Shown: positions 53,669 to 63,999, counted from the stretch's first letter. The stretch is DNA of 64,000 bases from Syntrophales bacterium (GCA_963662405.2 CAXXKT010000002.1:352001-416000); one strand, 5' to 3'. Translations and numbers: made by a program. The notes: generated by a model not told the origin, from the sequence alone.

Positions 53669-53969
53669 GATTGCTTGAACATTACCCCTTAAAACAAAGA
53701 GGTCTTTGGGTTTACTCTGTACAACGATGATATGGCTACCACGATGGGCTGAACTCAAAGGTTATTATGTTGCTTCCTCCTGAAACAAATAAACCTTACA
53801 TTGGATTGTTTGTTGTAAATTACGATTGGCAATCAGCAACAAGAGTCAATGGCAACCGTGATCCCAGTATGTACTTGTCAATAATTAAGTATTGTGAACC
53901 TTCCCCAGTTTAACGGACACTTCAAAAAGTATCCGGATGCGTATACAATGGAGAAGAAAGGAGTGTCCG

Positions 53970-54275
53970 ATGAGAGGGAAGCGACAGGCATTTAGCCGGG
54001 AGTTTAAGCTTGAAGCAGTGCGATTGATGGACGAGGGGAAAAAGCCACCTGCTGAACTGGCCCGTGAGTTGGGGATACGAAGGAACCAGTTGTATAAGTG
54101 GAAAGAGACGGTGGATAGAGCGGGTGGCGGTGCGTTTCCCGGATCCGGACGACGCCCAGCAAGCGGGACCGCAGCGGACGAGACCCGTCGATTACGGCAT
54201 GAGTTAGCCAAAGTAAAGGAAGAGAATGAAATCTTAAAAAAAGCCGCAGCGTTCTTTGCGCGCGAGTTGAAGTAA
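53970..54275 (+). CDS. IS3 OrfA
   Basis: FSREFKLEAV, ARELGI, ENEILKKA; A7G slippery site near the end. Confidence 0.9.
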   Translation: MRGKRQAFSREFKLEAVRLMDEGKKPPAELARELGIRRNQLYKWKETVDRAGGGAFPGSGRRPASGTAADETRRLRHELAKVKEENEILKKAAAFFARELK

Positions 54276-54313
54276 AGTATCAGTTTATTCGGTCGCAGAG
54301 AACGCATTTCAGT

Positions 54314-55135
54314 GTGGCGGTGATGTGTCGGGTTCTGGAGGTATCCCGGAGTGGCTATTATGGTTGGTTGGGTCGTCCGGAGAGTTTACGAACAAAGCGA
54401 CACCGGGATTTGCTGGTGAAGATAAGGCGGGCGCATATAGCCAGCAGGAAGATATACGGCTCGCCACGGATTCATGGGGAGTTGGTTGATCAAGGCGAAA
54501 GAGTCGGTAGAAACACCGTGGCTTTTTTGATGCGCAAAGCCGATATTCAATCGAAGGTTCATAAGCGCTTTGTCGTTACAACCGATTCAAGGAGGACGAA
54601 AAGACCGGCTGAGAACATACTGGGAAGGATATTTTCTTCAGAGAAGCCGAATCAGAAGTGGGTATCCGATGTGACCTTTAGACCCACTCGCAAAGGCTGG
54701 TTGTATGTGTCAGCGATTATGGATCTGTATTCCCGAATGATTGTAGGTTGGTCGATGGGAGACAGAAATAGTGCACAACTCGCCGTAGACGCATTAAAGA
54801 TGGCGGCTGCTCATCGGGGAGATATCCAGGGGGTGCTTTTACATTCCGATCAGGGTGCGCAATATGCTTCGACATCGTATCAGTACCTACTGAACAATTT
54901 GGGTGTCATCTGCAGTATGAGCCGGAGAGGCAACTGTTGGGATAACGCACCGATGGAAAGTTTCTTTCATTCTTTGAAGACCGAGTGGGTTGGTTTTGAG
55001 GATTACAAAACACGATCGGAAGCTAGAACGAGCCTTTTTGATTATATTGAGCTGTTTTATAATCGCACGCGCAGACATTCTGCGTTAAAGTACAGAAGCC
55101 CCCTGGCATTTGAAAACGCCGGGGTTGTCCCCTAA
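54314..55135 (+). CDS. IS3 OrfB (DDE), likely expressed by -1 frameshift
   Basis: WVSDVT, HSDQGAQY, DNAPMESFF. Confidence 0.9.
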   Translation: MAVMCRVLEVSRSGYYGWLGRPESLRTKRHRDLLVKIRRAHIASRKIYGSPRIHGELVDQGERVGRNTVAFLMRKADIQSKVHKRFVVTTDSRRTKRPAENILGRIFSSEKPNQKWVSDVTFRPTRKGWLYVSAIMDLYSRMIVGWSMGDRNSAQLAVDALKMAAAHRGDIQGVLLHSDQGAQYASTSYQYLLNNLGVICSMSRRGNCWDNAPMESFFHSLKTEWVGFEDYKTRSEARTSLFDYIELFYNRTRRHSALKYRSPLAFENAGVVP

Positions 55136-55331
55136 CCTAGGTGTCCGTTTTTCTGGGGGAAGATCAAGCTGTCCCCAGATTTCCCCAGATTTCACCTATA
55201 GAATCAATAGGCAAATCAGAATATAGTACGTAGAGCTTCCTGTAAACAAGCAGATCTTGCGTGAGCTTTTTTGTTACAGCTTTCTTTTTGTAATCAATAA
55301 AAAAGAGAGGGGCAAGGGCACACACAACCCT

Positions 55332-56468
55332 TTATGACGCCTCTTTATTTCTTTTTGATACCCTATAGCTTGATGCTTGGCAGTTCATCGGTCCATGAAT
55401 TTTTCCGTTATCCTCTAAGACAGGATCAATAAGCACCAATTGATTTTCTTTTCTGAATGCATCGATTAATCCCACAAGTGGTGGGCTCTCTCTCCGACCA
55501 AAGGCAAGGCTTTGTTTTTTACACTTTTCTATGCATTCTCCGCACGCGATACACTCGGTACTGCTGTATGGCTGTCCTTTATCAGTAGCCTGCATTTTAC
55601 ACGCTGAGACACAGCGACCACAGCCATTACACGAATTATCTTTGCTTATCAGCGAAGCCTTCGGGAGTTTACTGATCAATCCGGTTAAAAGACCCACCGG
55701 GCACACGGAACGGCAGAAGGGACGATAGATGAAGAGTGAAGCGATAATCAATATACCCAGGAGCACCCATGAGATCGTGCTGGATGACAGCATGTTGAAG
55801 GCTGTTTTAAACGGATCGATATGACAGAACACGTTCTCCTTCGTGACGATAAGCTGTGTCATCAGGGCGAAGAAGATAACATATCGGACCCTGTACATGA
55901 TTTTCTGTGTTCTTGGACTTTTTAAAAACTGGATCTTGTTGGTCTTGAAGATGAATTCCTGAAAAGCCCCCAGATGGCATATCCATCCACACCATATCCG
56001 TCCAAAGAAATAGACCGATAGGAGTACAACCAGAAACCACAACACGTTGACGACTTTGACTTCCATCCCCATCCCCAGGAGAACCAGATTCTGGAAACCC
56101 GAAATAATACAGGGGCAACCCCCGTTATAGAACCCGAAATAAACGAGGGAGGCCAACAGAAAAAGATGCCGTGTGAAACGAAGTCTTTCGTGCCTTACCG
56201 CTAGAGCGGCCAGGAATATTCCCACAACAGAAATCAGGGGGACCATGAAGGATCCCGGTTTTTTCCCATCCCCATTCAGACTTTCCAGCCCCGTTGAGAA
56301 TTCGGTCTTTTGCAGCAGCTGGAAGTTCGCTGAATCAAGCGGCAAGAATGCCGGTTCGCTATCTGCTCCAGGGCTTGTTGCCGGAACAAGCAAGAGGAAC
56401 AGAAATACCAAAAGGACCGCATAATATCCCCCTGATTTTATATGTGTTTTATTCATAGCTCTCATCAT
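55332..56468 (-). CDS. Membrane 4Fe-4S binding protein (NapH/NosR C-terminal-like)
   Basis: GRIWCGWICHLG, RPFCRSVCPVG, two CxxCxxCxxxC. Confidence 0.85.
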   Translation of the reverse strand: MMRAMNKTHIKSGGYYAVLLVFLFLLLVPATSPGADSEPAFLPLDSANFQLLQKTEFSTGLESLNGDGKKPGSFMVPLISVVGIFLAALAVRHERLRFTRHLFLLASLVYFGFYNGGCPCIISGFQNLVLLGMGMEVKVVNVLWFLVVLLSVYFFGRIWCGWICHLGAFQEFIFKTNKIQFLKSPRTQKIMYRVRYVIFFALMTQLIVTKENVFCHIDPFKTAFNMLSSSTISWVLLGILIIASLFIYRPFCRSVCPVGLLTGLISKLPKASLISKDNSCNGCGRCVSACKMQATDKGQPYSSTECIACGECIEKCKKQSLAFGRRESPPLVGLIDAFRKENQLVLIDPVLEDNGKIHGPMNCQASSYRVSKRNKEAS

Positions 56469-56721
56469 ACGTTGCTGTCACTCACTACCGGGCATCTTCG
56501 GTTTACACAGTTGAATCCACAACAATTTTCAGTGAATTGTATCCGCCTTCCTTGTCGCATGTCCTCAGCACATGAAAAACGGAGGCCCCGCTTTCCGAGT
56601 CGATAATTTTCACCTTGACCAAGCGTTCAAAGTAGTTGGCAGATTTTTCCTCCCAATTTGTCGCCCCTATGACCTCCATATTTTCCACCTTGTATGTGGT
56701 GGCATCGATGCCTTCGGGGCA

Positions 56722-57800
56722 GTTCCGGTGAGATAGGCATGACCTCGTAGATGGCAATCCGTCCCTTGAAGCCCGTACCGTTGCATACCTCGCACCCTTC
56801 CCCGCGCATGAAACGGGCGCCGTCCAGGTCGAACCCTTTATTGCGGAGGATACCGAGTTCCAGGTCCGTCGGGATGGTTTTCACCCGGCATTTTGTGCAA
56901 TTTTTTCGAACCAGCTGCTGCGCGACAATCAGATTCAGCGAAGAGGCAATAATGTAAGGTTCGATGCCGATGTTGAGCAGCCTCGTGATTGTTTCGGGGG
57001 CGCTGTTGGTATGGAGGGTGCTCAGGACGAGGTGGCCGGTCAGGGCCGCCTTGAAGGCGATCTCCGCCGTTTCATAATCCCTGATTTCCCCGACCATGAT
57101 GATGTCGGGGTCCTGCCTCAAAAACGACCTGAGGGCGCGGGGAAAATCCAGGCCTATCTTGGTAATCATCTGAAACTGGTCAATACCTTTCAAGTTGTAT
57201 TCGATAGGGTCCTCGGCGGTGGAGATATTGAGGGTTCCGTCATTGAGCTTGCGCAGAATGGAATAGAGCGTCGTTGTCTTCCCGCTCCCCGTGGGCCCGG
57301 TCGCCAGGATCATCCCTTTGGTCTTGTAGATACTCGACAGGATGATCGACAAATCAGCTTTGCTGAAGCCCAGTTTGTTCAAATCCCATAACAGGTTGGA
57401 ATCATCCAGAAGCCGCGGGACGATCTTTTCGCCAAAGATTCCCGGAAATGTGGAAACACGGAAATCGATGTATTTCCCTTCCCACCGCACCTTGAACCTG
57501 CCGTCCTGGGGGAGTCGTTTTTCGGAGATGTCCAGACCCGACATGATCTTGATCCGCGAAGACAGGCCCTTGGCATAGCTTTTCGAGGGGGTCAGCACGG
57601 GGATCAGGCTCCCATCAATCCGGAGGCGGATCCGCAATTCGTTTTCATACGGTTCGATATGGATATCGCTGACGTTCTGTTTGATGGCTTCGTTCAGGAT
57701 GACGTTGGCCAGCTTGATGATCGGCGTGTCCGAATCTTTGAGCTCCTCGGAATATACGGCGGCTTTTCGGCCTTCCTCGATGAGAATGGGGTCCTGAGAA
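56722..57800 (-). pseudogene. Internal fragment of PilB/GspE ATPase
   Basis: SDIHIEP, GPTGSGKTT, LRQDPD, TLHTN; no start codon, N-domain absent, frame diverges after YEVMPISPEL. Confidence 0.82.
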
Positions 57801-57861
57801 GTTGGCAGGGTTCTGCAGTAACTTTGTTTGGCGTGGCGAACGCAGTTGAGAGGAGAAAGAG

Positions 57862-58146
57862 ATGAAGGCGATAAGACGATTTCGGGGAATCAGGTATTTC
57901 CTGGCCGGGGCGCTTAGTGCATCAATTCTGATACTCGGGTTTATCAGCATTCAAAACGCCATCGCGGATCAATATGCCTGTATCCGCACGGATCTTGATG
58001 CCCAGGGCATGACCGAGAATATCCCCGATCTCGAATTTACGACCACCTATGACATTCCCCAGTGCTATGCAAACAACAATTATGCCGCACAAAGGGTTTA
58101 CATGTACGGGGACCAGGTTGCTGCCCACTATGCAAAAGTTGATTAA
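57862..58146 (+). CDS. Unknown small secreted protein, paralog B
   Basis: AGGAG RBS; signal peptide ending AIA; paralog of 48459-48797. Confidence 0.8.
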   Translation: MKAIRRFRGIRYFLAGALSASILILGFISIQNAIADQYACIRTDLDAQGMTENIPDLEFTTTYDIPQCYANNNYAAQRVYMYGDQVAAHYAKVD

Positions 58147-58284
58147 CCCAGATGCCGCCGCAGATTGTAGATGCAATACCGGTTCATCTGAGAGAAAATC
58201 AAGATACGTGAAGGGAACAGACCGCTCATTGCATCGGCCACGGGATGAAATGAGGCGTTATGTTTCCATAACAAAACACAACAT

Positions 58285-58617
58285 TTATCTGATCTTTTCC
58301 GGTGAGCGCCGTTCAGGGACATAGGAACGGGGTATCTTTTCTTCAAGCCATTCCCTGGAGACGTAGAGATTGCAGTAGCAGCTGCCGTATTCCTTCACGT
58401 CTTGTTCCCGGTAGACACAGGGACAGATGATGTCTTTGTCGCTCTCCCGATCGCCTGAGGCGAGCCGGCAGGGACAGGTCATGTAGCCGTACCGGCTTTT
58501 ATTAGCAATGAGGGCCTCAATCAGATCGAGGGTGCGCTCCCTGTCGCTGTTGAAATAGTACCCCTTCGGTTCCTGAACCTTTCTCAGCATCTCATAGAGT
58601 CGCTCCGTTTCAGTCAT
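58285..58617 (-). CDS. Ferredoxin:thioredoxin reductase catalytic subunit-like
   Basis: CPCR, CPC, CYC motifs; start reassigned to MTETE. Confidence 0.9.
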   Translation of the reverse strand: MTETERLYEMLRKVQEPKGYYFNSDRERTLDLIEALIANKSRYGYMTCPCRLASGDRESDKDIICPCVYREQDVKEYGSCYCNLYVSREWLEEKIPRSYVPERRSPEKIR

Positions 58618-58868
58618 AACCCCAGGGCCTCCCGTATCTGTTCTTCCCTGAACCCCACGATGATCGTATCGCCGATGATAATCGTGGGGAAGGAACAATC
58701 GGGGTTGATCCCCCTGAGCTCCTCAATCGCCGCCTGCCGCTCCTCCCCCTTCAACAGATCCACATCGGTACAGTCATACACAATTCCACAATCACCCAGA
58801 AACCGTTTCGCGGCCTTGCAGTGGCTACAGGTACTCAGTGTGTACAGTTTGACACCCTTTTCAGGCAT
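58614..58868 (-). CDS. Glutaredoxin/NrdH-like protein
   Basis: TCSHC, SFPTI, IVGF. Confidence 0.88.
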   Translation of the reverse strand: MPEKGVKLYTLSTCSHCKAAKRFLGDCGIVYDCTDVDLLKGEERQAAIEELRGINPDCSFPTIIIGDTIIVGFREEQIREALGL

Positions 58869-59967
58869 AATGGCTGCTCCTTTTCAGATTTTCCCTCTCC
58901 TCTTCAAAATCGGCATGTTCATAGCCGATCTGCCGGAAGGTGTCCTCAATCTCCAGGAATGCCTCAACCATATCCGGGTCAAAATGTTTCCCCTTCCCTT
59001 CGGTGATAATCGCCACCGCTTTTTCATGGGGGAATGGCGGCTTGTAGACCCGTCTGCTGACCAGGGCATCATAGACATCGGCAATGGCCATGAGGCGTCC
59101 TTCAACGGGGATGTCATCCCCGGCAAGACCATCGGGATAGCCGGACCCGTCCCATTTCTCGTGGTGGGACCCCGCTATTTTTCTGGCATGGTGCAAGAAT
59201 GAGTTCACCCCCAGCTTTTTCTCCTGCATGGCGAGGACATCCCTCCCATAGGCGGCGTGCTCCTTCATTTCCTCGAACTCCTCATCGGTGATCTTGCCCG
59301 GTTTCAAGAGGATACTGTCCCTGACCCCGACCTTGCCGATGTCATGGAGCGGCGCCGATTTATAGAGCAGATCAACCACGAAATCTGTCAGAAATTCCTT
59401 AAATTTTGGGTGGTTTTGCAGATGTTTTGCGAGAGCCTTCACATAGAGTTGGGTCCGCTTGATATGACCGCCGGTTTCCGGGTCGCGATACTCCGCCAGT
59501 GACCCCATCGACTCGATGGTCACCTCCTGCGTCAGTTCAAGCTCTTTTGTTCGCTCCGCCACCATCTCTTCGAGATGATCGCGATGCATCTTCAGATCAA
59601 GCTGGTTCTTTACCCTGGCCTTCACGAGATCGGGATTGAAAGGCTTCGTGATATAGTCAACCGCCCCCAGTGCCAACCCCTTCGCCTCATCCTGGTCTTC
59701 GGTCATGGCGGTCAGAAAGATGATGGGGATATGACTGGTTTCCTGATCTTCCTTTAATCTCTTGCAGACCTCGTAGCCGTCCATTCCCGGCATTATAATG
59801 TCGAGGAGGATAAGATCGGGACGCTGTTCAGCTACCGTTTCCAATGCGCTTTCGCCGTCCATCGCCACACTGACATCATACTCATTCTCGAGGGCGTTCA
59901 GCAGGATGTCTATGTTTGCTTCGGCATCATCCACGACAAGTATGGTACGATGTGAGAAATTATTCAT
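58861..59967 (-). CDS. REC-HD-GYP response regulator (RpfG-like)
   Basis: Receiver domain plus HDIGK, HHEKWDGSGYP, RVYK. Confidence 0.93.
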   Translation of the reverse strand: MNNFSHRTILVVDDAEANIDILLNALENEYDVSVAMDGESALETVAEQRPDLILLDIIMPGMDGYEVCKRLKEDQETSHIPIIFLTAMTEDQDEAKGLALGAVDYITKPFNPDLVKARVKNQLDLKMHRDHLEEMVAERTKELELTQEVTIESMGSLAEYRDPETGGHIKRTQLYVKALAKHLQNHPKFKEFLTDFVVDLLYKSAPLHDIGKVGVRDSILLKPGKITDEEFEEMKEHAAYGRDVLAMQEKKLGVNSFLHHARKIAGSHHEKWDGSGYPDGLAGDDIPVEGRLMAIADVYDALVSRRVYKPPFPHEKAVAIITEGKGKHFDPDMVEAFLEIEDTFRQIGYEHADFEEERENLKRSSHYA

Positions 59968-60373
59968 AATTCCTCCCGCCTGTATTTCCTGAAAGTGTTT
60001 TCATGAGACAACTCTTCACCTTCTCTTGAATCTCCACCATATCGATCGGCTTGGTGATAAAATCAACCGCGCCCAGGGACAACGCCCTTTTTTGCTCCCT
60101 ATCCTCCGCATGAGCGGAGAGAAACATAATCGGGATATCTTTCGTCGTCTCATCTGCCTTGAGACGCTCGCAGACCTCGAATCCATCCATACCGGGCATC
60201 ATGATGTCGAGGAGAATGAGATCAGGCGCTTCAGCCGTCGCAACTTCCAGGGCGGTTTCTCCGTCCATTGCCACCATGATATCGTAATCATTTCCCAGCA
60301 CATACATCAAGATATCGATATTGGCCTCCGTATCATCAACGATGAGAACCGTACATTCTGACAGATCTTTCAT
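59960..60373 (-). CDS. Single-domain response regulator
   Basis: IVDD, LLDIMMP, KP. Confidence 0.92.
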   Translation of the reverse strand: MKDLSECTVLIVDDTEANIDILMYVLGNDYDIMVAMDGETALEVATAEAPDLILLDIMMPGMDGFEVCERLKADETTKDIPIMFLSAHAEDREQKRALSLGAVDFITKPIDMVEIQEKVKSCLMKTLSGNTGGRNYE

Positions 60374-63300
60374 TTGTTCTCCTTGCCCAACTGTCCGAGG
60401 AGTGACTCTACGACATGCTGGCCTTCTTTGAACTTATATTTTTTGATCAGCGTGAGGAGTTGCTCGATATCTGCCATCAGCTCTTCAGGCCATGCATATC
60501 GGTCGATTTCAGACAGCATCTCCATGCATGGTTTCGGTCTCCTTTTCCCAATGAAGCTCTGAAGTTTTTCGAGTAACTCCCCAAGAGTTTCAACATCCCC
60601 GGTTTCTTTGTCTTCCCTTTTTTTCTCGCCACGGTCTTCTTCCGCATTAACAAAGCCCTTTAATCCGTTCATTACCGAACGGATCGTGTGTTCAAAGAGG
60701 TCTAATCGTTCTGTAATGGTGTCCGGGTCGCCGCCTTTGATCGCCGTCTCCAGGTCCGCACTGGCCTCCTGCAGAACCTGTGCGCCAAGGTTGCCGGCGA
60801 CACCCTTGACCGTATGAGCGAGACGAGACCCCAATTGCATGTCCTTTTGAGCGATGGAATCTCTGATCTGTTCCGGTGTACCGGAATATTCCTCATAAAA
60901 CTTCACAAGCAGGCTCTTGTACAGTTTTTCATTGCCTCCCACCCGCAAAAGACCCGCCGGTATATCTATGTCCGGAATGTGAGGGAAACCCTCGCTTCCC
61001 GGATGATTCTGTTCAATCGACCCTTTTTTCTGGAGCTCTCGGGGAATATCTCTTTCCCCCGGTTTGACCCATTGAACAAGAGTTTCGAACAATTGACCCG
61101 GAACGATGGGTTTTGTCACGTGATCATTCATCCCCGCCTCGATACTCTTTTCCCGATCACCCGCCATGGCATGGGCGGTCATGGCGATAATGGGCACTTC
61201 CCCGGCCACGGAACCGCTGTTCCGTATGGCTGCAGTCGCCTCGATCCCGCCCATCTCCGGCATCTGAATATCCATGAGGATGGCATCATACTGATTTTTC
61301 TGCGCCATCTCCACGGCCTCCCTCCCGTTGCCGGCTATCTCGACAACAAAGCCCGCCTGCTCAAGTATCTCACGGGCTACCTGCTGGTTGATCTCGTTAT
61401 CCTCCGCCAAAAGGATACGGGCACCCCGGATATTCTCCAGTCCGGAGGACTTCCCGACATCCGCACCTCCTGCATCACGGCCCCGTGTCCGTTCCCGACC
61501 GAATGCCTCCATGGTGGTATCAAAAAGGAGGGACCTGCTCACCGGTTTGACGAGGAACCCGTCCAAGTTGAGACTCTCGGCCTGCTTCATGATCTCCTCC
61601 CGACCAAAGGCCGTCACCATGATGATCTTGGGCCGCAGAGAGAGGTCCAATCCTTTGATCTTCCTGGCGGCGGTGATCCCGTTCATGCCGGGCATCTGCC
61701 AGTCCATGTAAACGATTTCAAAAGGCGCTCCTTTTTTATCGGCCCGGAGGATATCGTCAAGGGCCCTTTCTCCGGATGTTGACAGAGAAACGACAAACGA
61801 CATGCTCTCCAGCGTGTTTTGCAATATCTCGCGGGAGACCTGGTTGTCGTCGACAACCAGGACCTGTTTGCCGCGAAGATCCGGTGCAGGGAGCAGAGGG
61901 AGACTCTTTGCCGTGTGCAGACCGAATACAGCCGTGAAAATAAAGGTGCTTCCCTTCCCCGGAGCACTTTCAACGCCGATCGTACCCCCCATCATCTCAC
62001 ACAGCTTCTTCGAGATGGCCAATCCCAGACCGGTCCCGCCGTATTTACGGGTAATAGACGCATCTCCTTGAGAGAAGGATTGAAAGAGTTTGTCTTGCTG
62101 GTCTTTGGTGAGACCGACACCCGAATCCTCAACGGAAAAGCGCAGCTTCACCGATGTGGTGTTTTTTTCAACGATTGATATATCGACAATGATCTCGCCT
62201 TTCTCGGAAAACTTAACGGCATTGTTGCAGAGATTGATCAGGATCTGACCGAGACGCAGGGGATCACCGACCAGACCGGTCGGCACATCCTTGCCGACCC
62301 GGAAGAGCAGTTCCAGCCCTTTTTCTTCCGCTTTGATACCGATAAGATTACTCAGGTTGTCGAGCACATCGTCAAGATGAAACTGAGTAGATTCTATATC
62401 GAGTTTTCCGGCCTCTATCTTTGAAAAATCCAGTATGTCGTTGATGATCCCGAGCAGCGTGTTGGCCGATAGCTGTATCTTGCTGACGTAATCATGCTGC
62501 TTTGGGGTAAGATCGGTCTTCAGGGCCAGGTGACTCATGCCGATGATGGCGTTCATGGGGGTGCGGATCTCATGGCTCATATTGGCCAGAAAATCGCTCT
62601 TTGCCTGTGTTGCCGCTTCCGCAACTTCCTTGGCCTCAGCCAGGGCCTGTTCCGCCTCTATGTGTTCGGTGATATCGCGGATAGAAGTTACGGCCATCAT
62701 GGTCTGGTTCGTCTGAATGAGGCTCACCGTAATTTCTACGGGAATCAATGTGCCGTCCGCATGGCGGGCCTGAACGGCCCCCAAGCCCATTGGTCCGCTT
62801 GCGGGATGGCGAAAGAATTTGTCACACAGGGCCACATGTTTATCCTTCAAGTGAATCGGCAGGAGCATGCCCAACGGGCTGCCGATCATCTCTTCTTTCG
62901 TATACCCGAACAGTTTTTCGGCCTGAGCATTGGCCAGGGTCAATACGCCATTGACGTCAACTGTAATAAACGGATCCGGGGCGGCTTCGAGGAGTTGCTG
63001 AAAGTGTTCCTGGGCTTCCTTGAGCCTGGCGGTATGTTCTTCAATGCTGCCCGCCATGGAATTGAACGCCAGGGCCAGTGCACCAACCTCATCCGGGGTG
63101 TTGATGTCGATGTGATGTGAATACGTACCCTCCCTGATTGCCTGAGTTCCTTCCTCAAGCAACGCCAGGGGATGAATGATCCGTCGCTTCAACAGGAAAA
63201 ACACACATACGGCAAAACCGATGGTGATAAATGTCAAAACCGTAATGATCACAATGATAGCCTGAAATCGGCCATGGACAAGGTTGAGCTCGTTGGCGGT

Positions 63301-63999
63301 TCGCCATTCCAGGAGGGCAAAAAACTCGTCAAGCGATTTCATGATCGTGGATTTTGACTTATGATACGTCTCCCCGTGCAGAAGGTTTCGTGCCATCCCA
63401 GGGTCCGGTTCGCCCTCAATGGTAAAATTGCCGTTCACATCCCGATAGAGACCTTTGAGAGCGTTCATGGCAATAGCTTCAATGTGGGTCAGCTTATCGG
63501 ATTCTTTATTTGCCTCGGCCAGTTTGTCCTTCTCCTTTTCCGATATCCCCAGTTCAAACATCTTTTCTTCTATACCGTAAGTTTCCCCGTCTTCATCCAG
63601 GGGCATGATACCGGCGATCACATGGTCCCAATAGGTACGGCTGAAGGACTTCGGGTGAGCACGTTTCCCATCACGGATTGCACGAGCGATTCTGAAATAT
63701 TGTTCGTATCGGGAATCGCCTGTTGCAACGAACATTCGTGCAAACCGTGTCAAGTCATCGGATGATTGTTTGAGTTCAAAGGCGAGGTTCAAGGAATCGG
63801 CCTTCCGACTCTCGATCCGAGAGATATCGACCTCAGCTTTTAAAAGTGTGCTTGCGAATACGGCAATGGCGACAAACAATCCGGCAAAAATGAAGGAGAC
63901 CAGAAAGAGCGTCTCACGAATGGTCAGACGTGTTGGCCGCCCCCTTGAGAACCAGATTAGGACAATAATTACCAACAGAGCAAGAAAGACAATGGCGAT
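60370..63999 (-). CDS. Hybrid sensor kinase (HAMP-PAS-HisKA-HATPase-REC-REC-HPt), 5' partial
   Basis: SHEIRTPMN, GGTGLGL, two receivers, AHTVKG; frame stays open to the window end. Confidence 0.93.
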   Translation of the reverse strand: MAIVFLALLVIIVLIWFSRGRPTRLTIRETLFLVSFIFAGLFVAIAVFASTLLKAEVDISRIESRKADSLNLAFELKQSSDDLTRFARMFVATGDSRYEQYFRIARAIRDGKRAHPKSFSRTYWDHVIAGIMPLDEDGETYGIEEKMFELGISEKEKDKLAEANKESDKLTHIEAIAMNALKGLYRDVNGNFTIEGEPDPGMARNLLHGETYHKSKSTIMKSLDEFFALLEWRTANELNLVHGRFQAIIVIITVLTFITIGFAVCVFFLLKRRIIHPLALLEEGTQAIREGTYSHHIDINTPDEVGALALAFNSMAGSIEEHTARLKEAQEHFQQLLEAAPDPFITVDVNGVLTLANAQAEKLFGYTKEEMIGSPLGMLLPIHLKDKHVALCDKFFRHPASGPMGLGAVQARHADGTLIPVEITVSLIQTNQTMMAVTSIRDITEHIEAEQALAEAKEVAEAATQAKSDFLANMSHEIRTPMNAIIGMSHLALKTDLTPKQHDYVSKIQLSANTLLGIINDILDFSKIEAGKLDIESTQFHLDDVLDNLSNLIGIKAEEKGLELLFRVGKDVPTGLVGDPLRLGQILINLCNNAVKFSEKGEIIVDISIVEKNTTSVKLRFSVEDSGVGLTKDQQDKLFQSFSQGDASITRKYGGTGLGLAISKKLCEMMGGTIGVESAPGKGSTFIFTAVFGLHTAKSLPLLPAPDLRGKQVLVVDDNQVSREILQNTLESMSFVVSLSTSGERALDDILRADKKGAPFEIVYMDWQMPGMNGITAARKIKGLDLSLRPKIIMVTAFGREEIMKQAESLNLDGFLVKPVSRSLLFDTTMEAFGRERTRGRDAGGADVGKSSGLENIRGARILLAEDNEINQQVAREILEQAGFVVEIAGNGREAVEMAQKNQYDAILMDIQMPEMGGIEATAAIRNSGSVAGEVPIIAMTAHAMAGDREKSIEAGMNDHVTKPIVPGQLFETLVQWVKPGERDIPRELQKKGSIEQNHPGSEGFPHIPDIDIPAGLLRVGGNEKLYKSLLVKFYEEYSGTPEQIRDSIAQKDMQLGSRLAHTVKGVAGNLGAQVLQEASADLETAIKGGDPDTITERLDLFEHTIRSVMNGLKGFVNAEEDRGEKKREDKETGDVETLGELLEKLQSFIGKRRPKPCMEMLSEIDRYAWPEELMADIEQLLTLIKKYKFKEGQHVVESLLGQLGKENK

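Larger units (their letters stand above)
53895..55166 (+). mobile_element. IS3-family element, apparently intact (1272 bp)
   Basis: IRL TGAACCTTCCCCAG..ACGGACAC; IRR GTGTCCGT..CTGGGGGAAGATCA. Confidence 0.92.
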
